Origin: the human T2T-CHM13v2.0 reference genome, Homo sapiens
Direction: 5' to 3' (one strand)
DNA length: 64,000 nt
Assembly: GCF_009914755.1 (NCBI RefSeq)
Contig: NC_060926.1
In this document: positions 53,433 to 64,000 of the stretch, in pieces
Numbering within the stretch: the stretch's first letter is position 1
How the letters are laid out: each line of letters begins with the position of its first letter
The notes under the pieces: generated by a model
The model's database searches: none
The model's input: only the letters and a program-made list of their open reading frames with translations
What the model was told of the DNA's origin: nothing
Program-made: the position numbers and the translations under genes

Positions 53433-55464
53433 GAAATCACAAGTATTTACTGAATACGCCAGAGCTGTTTTCTCTGAGATTTCTTTAGGCAGTTATCTAT
53501 AGACATTGTCATAGAAATGCTTCCAGATTACAGTGTGGCTTCCTCTCCTTGTGGAGAAAACTCTGTAGCTCCCAAAACTTCACTAGGGGAGGTGCAAATG
53601 AGAAACCCTAGATTTTAAGGTGAAGAGAATCAAACTTACATTTTCCATTTGCAGAAATGTGTTCATTAGCTTAGTGAGATTGGTTGGTTTTGCTTCTTAT
53701 TGTCTGTTACCCCCTCTTTGCTTGAGGGTGGATGTCTGTTTCTGACAATGATTTTTGTGACCCTGAAGCCATGTAAAATGGAACTAGTAATACCTACTGT
53801 ATCACTTGATTGTTGAGAAGATTAAGTGAAATCGGAGTGAAATGGATTAATATATCATTGTCTGAAAATTGTTACACTAGAAGGCAACTCCTTAGAGCAA
53901 GGGAATTTTGTTGACAAACTAGCACTCTTGCTGGGACATGATACAGAGTTCAATGATTAGGGGCTGATTTGCTTGAGGAATGTGAATGAATCATAGATGC
54001 TATAATTGCCCTTGTTCTGTCCCTAAATGAAGAAAAATGAAGCAGCTGTGGTCATCTACATTCTCACTGTCTAATAGCCACAAGTGGTCTAAATCCAGAC
54101 TAAAATACAGGGGACTCTGGTTGCATTTATATTTATCCCCCAGCTGTTTCTGTCTCCCTATTTTACCAATTCCAATTCAAAATGCTCTTAGCCCTGAAGA
54201 ATCTGAACTGCCTCAGTTGTGCACTGTCTTCTGGGTTTGCAGATGCCATAGAAATGTCTGTTCTGATAATAATGTACTGAGGGCATCATGCTTATTTAAC
54301 CTCTGGTGAGGTAGTTAGGAAAATGCTTCTGATACTGGGTAAGATCCTGAATAGGAGGCCCATGCTTTGTGATGCCAGACCTCTTGCTTTTCACTGCCTT
54401 TATATACATGATAAAACATGATTTCAGTCAGAGCAAGTGGTATATGACTCCTGACATTGTGTGATAACACAGCACATTGTTTCTGTGGAGAAGTCAACAC
54501 AGTTCTGGAAGGATGACTCGCTTTCCGGTTTTATGCTCTCTTCCCCTGAATCCTCATAAGAAGCTGCTCTGAAGTTTAAACATCGAATAAAAATGCTTCC
54601 AAACAATTAATGCGACAGCAAACACACCAATAAACCTATCGGCAGCAGCCTCAGTATTTTACCTCAGTCTTTAATGTCAGCTTGCTTTTTTATTCCAGAG
54701 GTCAGAAAAACAAATGCTCTGTGAGCTCATTACGTGCATGCCTAAACAAGCAGAAAAGTAGGTGCTTTTCCAAATGCCAGACAATGAAATCTAGATTTTT
54801 CTCTTTGTACTTCACTGTAATTCGGGTGATAGAATACTTGCTAATACAAGCTATTAAAACAAACCAACAAACAGAAATCAGTCTCTCATAGCCTATTTTA
54901 AAACTCCCTCCCTGTGTTCTTAACTGTTGACTTTTAAACCAAAAATGCCAGTCAAGAAGTACAAAGTGATCTTTAGCACTGTCTAGCTTAAAATGTTGAT
55001 AGTTAATATTTGAATATAAAAAAGTATAAAAATAAATAATAGACAACTCATTTTAGCTAACACTTTGGAATTAACTTTGAGTAGTAGAAAACTACACAAT
55101 ATAAACCTGTTTTTCAGTGGTTTCTGCTATCAAGTGAATTGATGGATTATAGTAACCTTTGTTACCTGGCACTCAGAATACTACTTTTAAGCACAGGTTC
55201 TTTTAATAAGAAACTAATTGATATCCATAATGTGACCCAAATAAATTGTAAGGTCCTTGAAATTAAGTTCTGGAAAAAATAAGCAAATTCTTAGGCTTAT
55301 TTTATTTTTTCTGTAATTCTTTAAAAATGAGTGATCTACATGTCATACATGTATATGGTAATTCTCTCCTGTATAGAATACCCTCTGGCCATCCTGAAAA
55401 ATAAAATTAACTCTTGAGCTTTATGAGATTTTCTAAAGAAAAAGTATCTCTATAAAGAATGTTA

Positions 55465-55809
55465 GACTGGGCATGGTGGCTCACACCTGTAATCCCAGCA
55501 CTTTGGGAGGCCGAGGCAAGAGGATCACTTAAGCTCAGGAGCTCAAGACCAGCCTGGGAAATATAGTGAGACCTCATCTCTACCAAAAATAACATAACAT
55601 AACGTAACATGACATGACATGACATGACATGACATGACATGACATGACATAACATGACATAACATAACATAACATAAAATACACTGGGAGGCTGAGGCAG
55701 GAGGGAGGATTGCTTGAGCAGAGGAGATGGAGGCTGCAGCGAGCTGTAAACATGCACTGCACTCCGGCCTGAATGACACAGTAAAACTCTATCTCAAAAA
55801 GAAAGAAAG
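55465..55809 (+). mobile_element. Alu (AluJ-like) with an expanded middle linker
   Basis: TSD AAAGAATGTTA at 55454-55464 and 55810-55820. Confidence 0.92.
55586..55680. repeat. Compound pentanucleotide repeat (AACAT/GACAT)n
   Basis: 19 five-mer units; 8 consecutive GACAT at 55611-55650. Confidence 0.95.
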
Positions 55810-56364
55810 AAAGAATGTTAACTTGCCGACACACATGCTCTCTTCCATTCTTTTTCCTCTCCTTACACCATCCCTTCTTTTTTCCATTACTCACAATGAT
55901 GGGATTAGTACAGCTTGTACTGGGGCTTTGGAACTGTAATAAACAAGGAGCAATTTTCTGGTCCTAATTAACTCCTGTTAAAATAAGCACTGCACAACAA
56001 TAGTCTACCCAGCGTTGCACTGAAAAAAACCACAACAATCCTAACACTCTATGAATAATGAACCCTATTTAAATGAGCAGGTTATTGTAGGGTCTTAATG
56101 AGCTGCTCTGTGGCCACAGGGCACATACTGCATCCCAGAGTAATGGAGCATTTTCCTGCAGACACTTGCAGGCTGGGCTAGCAGCAGAACAGCTTCTTCC
56201 CTGGTAAAACCAGAGAGGTAGCATCAAAGGTTTGTTATGTTTCCATTTTACTTTTTCACACACCTCTTCTGCAACTGACATCAGCCATCCCCATCCCTTT
56301 TTGAAATGTTGTCTTCCTTCTTTTACCTCCAGGCTTCTATATTCAAGCATCCTCCTCCTTTATA

Positions 56365-57090
56365 TCTTTTCTGAAGTATAATTTACAGACCATAAAATTC
56401 ACTTCGTTTAAGTATACAATTCAATGAGTTTTGGTAAATTTCCAGTGTTATGCAACCATCATTGCAATCTAATTTTACAACATTTTCATTGCACCAAAAA
56501 GAAACTTTGTGCCCATTCGTAGTCATTCCCTCTTCCCACCCCCAGGCCAACCTAAGCAAACACTAATCTTTTTGTCTGTATAGGTTTGCCTTTTTTGGAC
56601 AATTAATAGGGAACCACATAATGTGTGGACTTTTAGCATAACGTTTCTGAGGCTCCATGTAGCATATAGCATGTGGAACACAATACTATTCCACTGTATA
56701 GATATACTACATTTTGCTTGCTCACTCATCAGTTGATGCACATCTGTGCTATTTCTACTTCTTGTTATTAAGAATGCTGCTGCTATGCTGTGAACATCTG
56801 TGAACGAATTTTTGTATAGACACATGTTTTCATTTCTCTTAGGTAGGTACCTATGAGTGGAACAGCTGAGTCATATGATAAATCTATGCTTAACAGTTTA
56901 AGAAACTGCCAAAAGCTTTTCCAGAGTTTTGCATTACTAGCAGCAATGTATGAAGGTTCCATTTATCCATATATTTACTAACACTGGTTATTGTTGATGT
57001 TTTCCATTATAGCCATCCTAGCTGGCGTGAAGTGTTATCTTGTGGTTTTAACCATTTCCCTATTGGCTAATGATGTTGAGCCTCTATCAT
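56365..57090 (-). mobile_element. L1MB/ME-like 3' region
   Basis: aagtataattta...aagtatacaattcaatgagttttggtaaat...gaaactgccaaa. Confidence 0.8.
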
Positions 57091-57306
57091 TTGTGTCTGA
57101 CTGTTGTTTCTGTTTTATTTTGTTTTCATTCCTCGTTTTAGTATTCCTTGACTTTTGTAATGTCCCCTTTTTCCTGTATACCTATTTCCTGATCCACATG
57201 GATCATGTTGACTCCCACTCATATGCAATTAACTACCATATCTTAATGAATGCTGCTCATGGCTCATTCTCAATCTATTTATCTCCATGAAGTTACTGAT
57301 ACCATA

Positions 57307-57723
57307 TGTTAAAAGAAAAACTTTAGACAAACCAAATCTAGCAGAGTTTATTTGAGAAAATAAATGATTTATGAATAGGGCAGCAGTCTGGACCAAAAAT
57401 GGTTCAGAATGCTCCACTCTACCACATGTGCAGTCTATATTCATGCCCATAGAAAAGGAAGTAACATACAGAAACAACCTGATTGGCTGCAGTCAATGTT
57501 TGCCTTATATAGTCGTATTTGGCAGCTTTCAGTCTCTTAATGGCTGGAGGTTTAGTTGCTGTGATTGATTGAGACTCAGTTACTTTTTACAAGAGTATAT
57601 ACTTCTAGTTTAGGTTATAGCTTGTAAATACACCAACTTAGGTTACAATTCACTATGTCTAGAGAAACTTTTAGGCAACTCTTAAATTATTTATGGAGGC
57701 AGTTTTGGCCAAACTTAATTCAA
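57307..57723 (-). mobile_element. Solo ERV1-class LTR, MER57-like
   Basis: Minus strand begins aattaagtttggcc.aaactgcctcc...catagtgaattgtaacctaa and ends ttttaaca. Confidence 0.7.
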
Positions 57724-58166
57724 TTTCATACATATTTCTACTTGGAAAAAAGGCAGGAAAATTGAATTTTTAATTTACACACAAATAATGAACAGAAGTT
57801 CAAATGTACCTTGATTTAATGCATAATATAATTGCGTGAAGTATTAGTATACCATAATCGTTCATAAATATATTGCTTTTACATAAGCATACTGACCACA
57901 TGATCAGACTTGCCTGTTCTCTTACTGTCTTACGGACAGTGTAGGATTCACTAAGCTGCGGTCATTTCCTCTTTAGAACCTAGCTGTGATCATCTTCTCT
58001 GCCTGCCTCTTACTTTGTTTCCTTCATTTTCTTTTGTGACATAATGGCTGTAGCTGAAGCATACAGGTAGAATCTCACTATGCCCCCTACTTTCTTCTCT
58101 TTTGGCCTTTTCATCTTTTTTTTTTTTTTTTCTGGTTCTCCAAGTCCATTTATGCATTTATTCATT

Positions 58167-58995
58167 CTTTTTCTCTTTTTTTTTATACTTTAAGTTTTAG
58201 GGTACATGTGTACAACGTGCAGGTTTGTTACATATGTATACATGTGCCATGTTGGTGTGCTGCACCCATTAACTCGTCATTTAACATTAGGTATATCTCC
58301 TAATGCTATCCCTCCCCCCTCCCCCCACCCCACAACAGGCCCCAGTGTGATGTTCCCCTTCCTGTGTCCATGTGTTCTCATTGTTCAATTCCCACCTATG
58401 AGTGAGAACATGTGGTGTTTGGTTTTTTTGTCCTTGCCATAGTTTGCTGAGAATGATGGTTTCCAGCTTCATCCATGTCCCTACAAAGGACATGAAATCA
58501 TCATTTTTTAGGGCTGCATAGTATTCCATGGTGTATATGTGCCACATTTTCTTAATCTAGTCTATCATTGTTGGACATTTGGCTTGGTTCCAAGTCTTTG
58601 CTATGGTGAGTAGTGCTGCAATAAACATATGTGTGCATGTGTCTTTATAGCAGCATGATTTATAATCCTTTGGGTACATACCCAGTAATGGGATGGCTGG
58701 GTCAAATGGTATTTCTAGTTCTAGATCCCTGAGGAATCGCCACACTGACTTCCACAATGGTTGAACTAGTTAACAGTCCCATCAACAGTGTAAAAGTGTT
58801 CCTATTTCTCCACATCCTCTCCAGCACCTGTTGTTTCTTGACTTTCTAATGATCACCATTCTAACTGGTGTGAGATGGTATCTCATTGTGTTTTTGATTT
58901 GCATTTCTCTGATGGCCAGTGATGATGAGCATTTTCTCATGTGTCTGTTGGCTGCATAAATGTCTTCTTTTGAGAAGTGTCTGTTCATATCCTTC
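58167..58995 (-). mobile_element. L1PA 3' fragment (ORF2 C-terminus + 3' UTR)
   Basis: ORFs 58557..58757 and 58782..59027 match the L1 ORF2p C-terminus ([24 protein letters not shown]). Confidence 0.96.
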
Positions 58996-60149
58996 AATCT
59001 AATCAGTAGCCAATATAGTGATTCCATTCAAAGGTTCAAACGATGCTTAAACCAAAATTATTATCCATTTCACACTCTCCAACCAAGTGAACAAGAGGAA
59101 AGAGGAGAACAAAGCAAGGAACAAAAGAATAAAAAAGGTCTAATTAATTTGCAACCTGGAGAAAACATGTCAGATCTTGATGTAAAATAGAAAAGTCTGG
59201 AAAATTGGGATTTTCCAATATGCAGTTATGTGGCCAATTTTAGAGATGCAATAAACTGAGTGTGATTAAATGGTAAATTGGACTGATCAGGTGAGCCATA
59301 CTTTTCTTGTGAAAAGTAGCAAGCATGGAAAAAAAAAAGATACAGCTCTATTTCCCTTTACTTTTCCATCTGTATCTTTCATATTTTTCAAAATTAAAAA
59401 AAACACCAAACTATTTTTCAAGTATTAATAAAGAATCAGGAAGAACTTCATTTAAAACATTTTTGCCTACCCTTCAAAAAACTCTTTCACTGTTTCAAGG
59501 CCATTGCTTCTGGAACCCAGATTTGTTCTAGCTTACAGCCTAGGAATAAGAATATATACTTTCCTGTCAGGATGGCTTTTGAGAAACTCTGAGAATAAAA
59601 TCTGACCCAGTCCAATCTGACAAGGTTGCTGTGCTTGTTTGAATGTAAAATGATTCATAAAGTGAACCGAAAGTTTTTGTTAATTGTTAAAAAGCCTCAG
59701 CGCTGTGGCTTAGTTTAAGAGCTACATCTGGCATTTTGGTAGGAACAAACTACTTATGAATGAGGAATAGTTATATTTTTTGTGTTGTTGTTTTTATTTT
59801 TCTTTTGGGGGGGGAGGGAAGAAAGAGGACAGAAGAGAACTAGGACTTAGTATTTTGAAAACTGGGACATCATCACTGGCCTACCCACCACATAAACGTA
59901 ACTAGTGTATATGATTTTAACTTTGTAATCGTGTACATTGACACTTCTTTTTGATATTCTAGATCTATACAAAGAAAAATACTCAAAGAGATGCAGGAAA
60001 ATAAATAAGAAAAGAAATTCTCTGGCCAGCAATTATTTAGCAGTAAATTGACATATAAATGTGGTGTAATTAAACTCAAATCACTTTTAAACCTAATTAC
60101 CGATACAAAGAAATGGGAAAGCATCGACCTCTAGGCTTCAGAAAGCTTA

Positions 60150-60410
60150 GGTAAAATCATTACAAATCTGTCAGTTGTACCATCAAAATAAATCTGGAAT
60201 CTAAGCACTTCTTATCATTTTCATTGCTGCCACCCTGGTCTGAGTTACCCGCATTTTCTGGGACTTCTGAAATAACTTCCAAACTATTGTTCCTCAGACT
60301 CACCCCACCTCTCATACACCACTTCACCCCCTGCCCCCAAACACACAAAAGCAAAGTGATCTTTTTTAAACTTAAAGTCTAATCATGCCCCTTCTTGGCT
60401 CAAAACCCAC
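60150..60410 (+). mobile_element. L2 remnant
   Basis: ctgccaccctggtc, agtgatcttttt.aaa...tcatg...cttggctcaaaaccc. Confidence 0.6.
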
Positions 60411-60490
60411 CCATGAGAAATTAAATAGGCTTTTAAAGTTACGTATCAATTTTAAAAGTAACACTTATAATTCTATACTCTAAAGAGTAC

Positions 60491-60536
60491 CTGAGTCTGT
60501 ACTAGGACATTTGCTTCCAGAAGTCATGAAAGTGGT
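60491..60536 (-). other. NRXN1: Candidate minor NRXN1 exon with in-frame stop, (D)HFHDFWKQMS*
   Basis: Acceptor tttgtgacttcttcag|ACC and donor CAG|GTACTC. Read in phase 1 (the phase of this intron) it reaches TAG at 60504-60502. Confidence 0.4.
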
Positions 60537-61219
60537 CTGAAGAAGTCACAAATAGGAGTTTATAAAGTTCTAGAAGTATCAAGTTTCTAGATTCTTTTCA
60601 GTTTTTGCTCTGTTTAAACATTCACACCAACTGAGGTCTGGGGGTGAAAGGGGAAGTTAATTTATCCCCTAAATAATATTTATTTTGTATACAAAAGAAT
60701 GGTTAAATGTATTCAGTAGTCTAACCTGCTCTTCTTGGCTATTCATTCCTGAATGACAGGAATTCCGTTTGTACCACCCTCATCACCACCATTAATTTCA
60801 TGATGGACTAGCTACTTCACAGCCCTCATGTCCCCACCACTCCATTCAAGCTCAAGGGCTACTGAAGCATAGTAGCAGCTTACAAAGAAAAAAAAAAAGA
60901 CAAAACAAACTCTTAGCAATAATGTTATGTCATTCACACTAGAGACAAAATAACTTCATTATTAGAGATGCTATCATTGAAATTAATTCACTGGTTATAA
61001 AAGGAAGGCTATCCAAGAATATCTGCAGTTTTGATGCCTTGGAAAATAAAATTAAATGGAAGAGAAATTAACAATAATAACTCAGAAATAAACACTATTA
61101 ATATTTTATGTAAGTTTTCCACCTTCCTTGATATATGACATAAGCATTTTCTTAACTCAATAAAAACTCTAAAGAAACATAGAAAACAATAACAACAACT
61201 TGTGTGGCTTCTCGTCTCT

Positions 61220-61690
61220 CTCAGAGTAAAAGCCAAAATCCTGAGGATAGCCCGTAACTCTATACAATCTGGTCCACCATTTCATCTGTGGGCTCATCTT
61301 CAATACTACCCTAAAGCCTCCAGTTTTGCTTTAGCCACATCCATCTCCCCATTGACTCTTTAATAAGCCAGACAGTTCCCTGGATTTTGGCATTTCAGTG
61401 GCTCCTTCCTCTGCCTGCTAAATTCCTCTCCAACATGTTATTCACTGTGTGCTCTCTCACCTCTTCTAAGTCTTTGGTCCACTACCACCTACACCTTGCC
61501 TTTACATGCCTTGCTTTATTTTTCTCCATAAAACTTAACTACTGAGTATACCATAGTTAATCACTCATGTTTAAATATTTTTTCGTCCATCTCCTACAGT
61601 AGAATATGAGTGACAGAGGACAGGGATCTTCATTTTTTGTTTGTTTGGTATACCCAGGGCCCAGAATGATGCCATACTCATGATAAGCAG
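61220..61690 (+). mobile_element. L2 remnant
   Basis: cagagtaaaagccaaaatcct, ttccctctgcctg, gagggacagggat...cccagggcccagaa. Confidence 0.6.
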
Positions 61691-62549
61691 TTCCGTAAAG
61701 AGCGTTATTCCCTGTGACAGAATGTCAGGAGTGAAGTTGTCAAGTCCTTTTTCTAGAGAAGTGGTGGGTGTTCTTGCTTCTCATTAACTAAGGCACAGCC
61801 TGGATTGAAGAGTAGACATGAGATAAGAGTTCTGTGTTCTGCCATCAAAAAGACAAAAAAGAAGTATACATCTTTTCAATTCTTTTATGCTTGAAATTCT
61901 CACCTTCCTTTAAATCACAAGGATAATCTGTTGACCCTTACAACAGCTCTGAGCTGTTATTATCCACAACTGAGAAAGAAAGGAAGAGGCTGTGGTATTT
62001 ACTGAGGTCCTAAATGGCAGAACCAGGACTAGTAAACCATGTTATTAGGTTTCTGCTTCTATATAGTCACAATGAACTGCAGCCACATCTCCCAGAACAA
62101 TAAATTAGCAAGTAGACAGAAGTCTTTCTTTCCACCCTCAAAAGAGGTTTTTAGCCTTTACAATTAGCTTTTCAATAAAGATACAAGAATAACTATTTCA
62201 TTGATGTGCTCTCAGCAGATCTTAGACTTTCCATTATTTATTTCCTTTGTTTAGTTCAATGTGAAAGTGCTTGGCTTTAATCTTCATTTCACTTAGTTTT
62301 ATCAAAATATAAAACCCCTACATTTGCATAGGCTATCCCAGGGTCCAGAAAGCATTCACACTTTGTCCATCTGATACACCCTCAAAACAACGCTAGCTGA
62401 GGTAAAAGCAGGTGGGTGTATCTTTACCTCAGAAGGATCCTTGACCTGCCCAATGCGACATCAGTGGTGAGCCTCAGAAACAGGGCAAAAAAAAATTGAT
62501 CTCTTTAGTGTAAACTCAATGTTTTTAATTTACAGGAAATGCATTCACT

Positions 62550-62551
<2 letters not shown>

Positions 62552-62587
<36 letters not shown>
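62552..62587. repeat. (GT)n microsatellite
   Basis: Direct reading. Confidence 0.95.
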
Positions 62588-62591
<4 letters not shown>

Positions 62592-64000
62592 AGGCAGGGG
62601 AGCAATTACATAATAGGAAGAAATTATCTAAATTATTCTTATTTCACATGTCTTCTAGAAATATAATTGTCACTTTTGCACTCCACTTCCACTTCCTGGC
62701 AATTTTTCTGCTGCCATAATTCAAAAACAGACTCTTTGGCCGTTCCTTCACATTCCTTTCCCTTTTGTCTTTACAGCCTCATCACTTCCTTCTACCGATC
62801 TTCATTTCCTGCTTTTGAGACTTTCCCGCTGCCTCCTCCTGTCATCTTCAGGTCCCAAATGCAGTTTTGCCAGATTCCACATCCAAAATTAACATCATTT
62901 CCTCTTTGGCTACACTAGTAAAGGTGCTTCCTTTTATCCCTCCAGATCCATATGTAGCCCAAGTTTGAAGAACTTTCTTCTCCCTTTTTAGAGTTGTATA
63001 AGCTTCCTGAGAGCTGGCTCTACAATCTCCATACTCTCCAGCCCACATCACAGTACAGCACTGAAAACAGTGCCTTTTATACTTTGGGTAGGCATAGGTA
63101 TTTGAGAAATGAGCCATGAACTCAAAAAGATAGCTTCAGGGAAGTCATGAGCAAGGGTGACGGCAGGAAGCACTGCTTGCCTTTCTTCACCACCCAACTT
63201 CTGCCCTCTGGCCCTTTTTCAGTCCTCCACTTTGCTCCCCACTGGCATGCCACACATGTGAGACAGCATGAGGTATGACTACTGTTCCATCAAGTAGGGA
63301 GGATGCTGAATGCATCAATGACACATTGCCTCAAGGTTCCATTCCACTATAAGTATATAAGCAATTGTTCTTTGGCCAGTGCATGTTTTTATGCAGTAAA
63401 CTAGTTCTCATTTTGCTGGACATTTATTACAACATTTACCCATTACAAAGAACCTCATTATGTTTAATATATATGAAAACACGTTCATTTGATAGGCCTA
63501 TTACTTGATCCATTTTATTTGGGTATACAGGATAACACAGGATATTTTCCTTCAATAAAATAGTGAGAAATTTTTGATCTAAGAAGCTTCAATATCACTT
63601 TTTTTTTTAGTACGCAACACATTGGTATACTGTCTGGGGGCAATCTATATAAATGGAATGAATCCTACTTAAAAATCATTTGTTGACATAAATTATTGAG
63701 AATTTCATATTTTAAAAATATTATAAATTTCTTTACATTTAGAAACCAAATATACTTCTATAAATGCCACACTTATTTGGAATATATTTCTGTACAGTGT
63801 AAGTTGAATATTCATTTATATTTTTCTGCAAAAATTAGTTGTTCATTCTTTAATTCATATACATTTTAGCTTCCTTTTTCTTTTTTTTTTTTCCCAAATC
63901 CACAACTTTTAAAAATTTTCAACAGGACTTCCCTTTCTGAAAGTTAATGCCTTGATTAACATTTCACAATAAATTATAACTATGATTTATACTTGATTTT

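Noticed and set aside
54600-54750. Possible enhancer (AACAAT, TAAT, TAAACA, ACGTG motifs)
   Set aside because: Short motifs are too frequent to support the call without conservation or chromatin data.
58287-59027. ORF2-like ORFs
   Set aside because: Broken fragments of a truncated L1, not genes.

Overview
Primate (human-like) genomic DNA lying entirely inside the neurexin-1 gene (NRXN1), transcribed on the minus strand. Three alpha-neurexin exons encoding the second LNS domain are present: a 302-nt exon (27442-27743), the alternatively spliced SS2 microexon with its two donors (24 or 45 nt, 25333/25354-25377) and a 162-nt exon (24149-24310). The rest is intron with Alu, L1, L2, MIR, MER, MADE1 and MER57-type LTR repeats. 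The listed non-NRXN1 ORFs look spurious. The most notable unexplained structure is the ~1.2-kb region around SS2. (1) The SS2 acceptor and exon are reverse-complementary to the polypyrimidine tract of the next exon 1 kb away, giving a potential long-range pre-mRNA duplex. (2) The exon is bracketed by clusters of (T)ACTAAC and UGCAUG motifs. (3) The short downstream intron carries several extra acceptor modules that could be cryptic micro- or poison exons. Other highlights are a 224-bp ~95%-identical inverted duplication of apparently unique sequence, a candidate stop-containing exon at 60491-60536, an Alu with a 5' inversion, and a duplicated segment bracketed by inverted TG/CA repeats. Repeat boundaries and subfamily calls were made by eye and are approximate.
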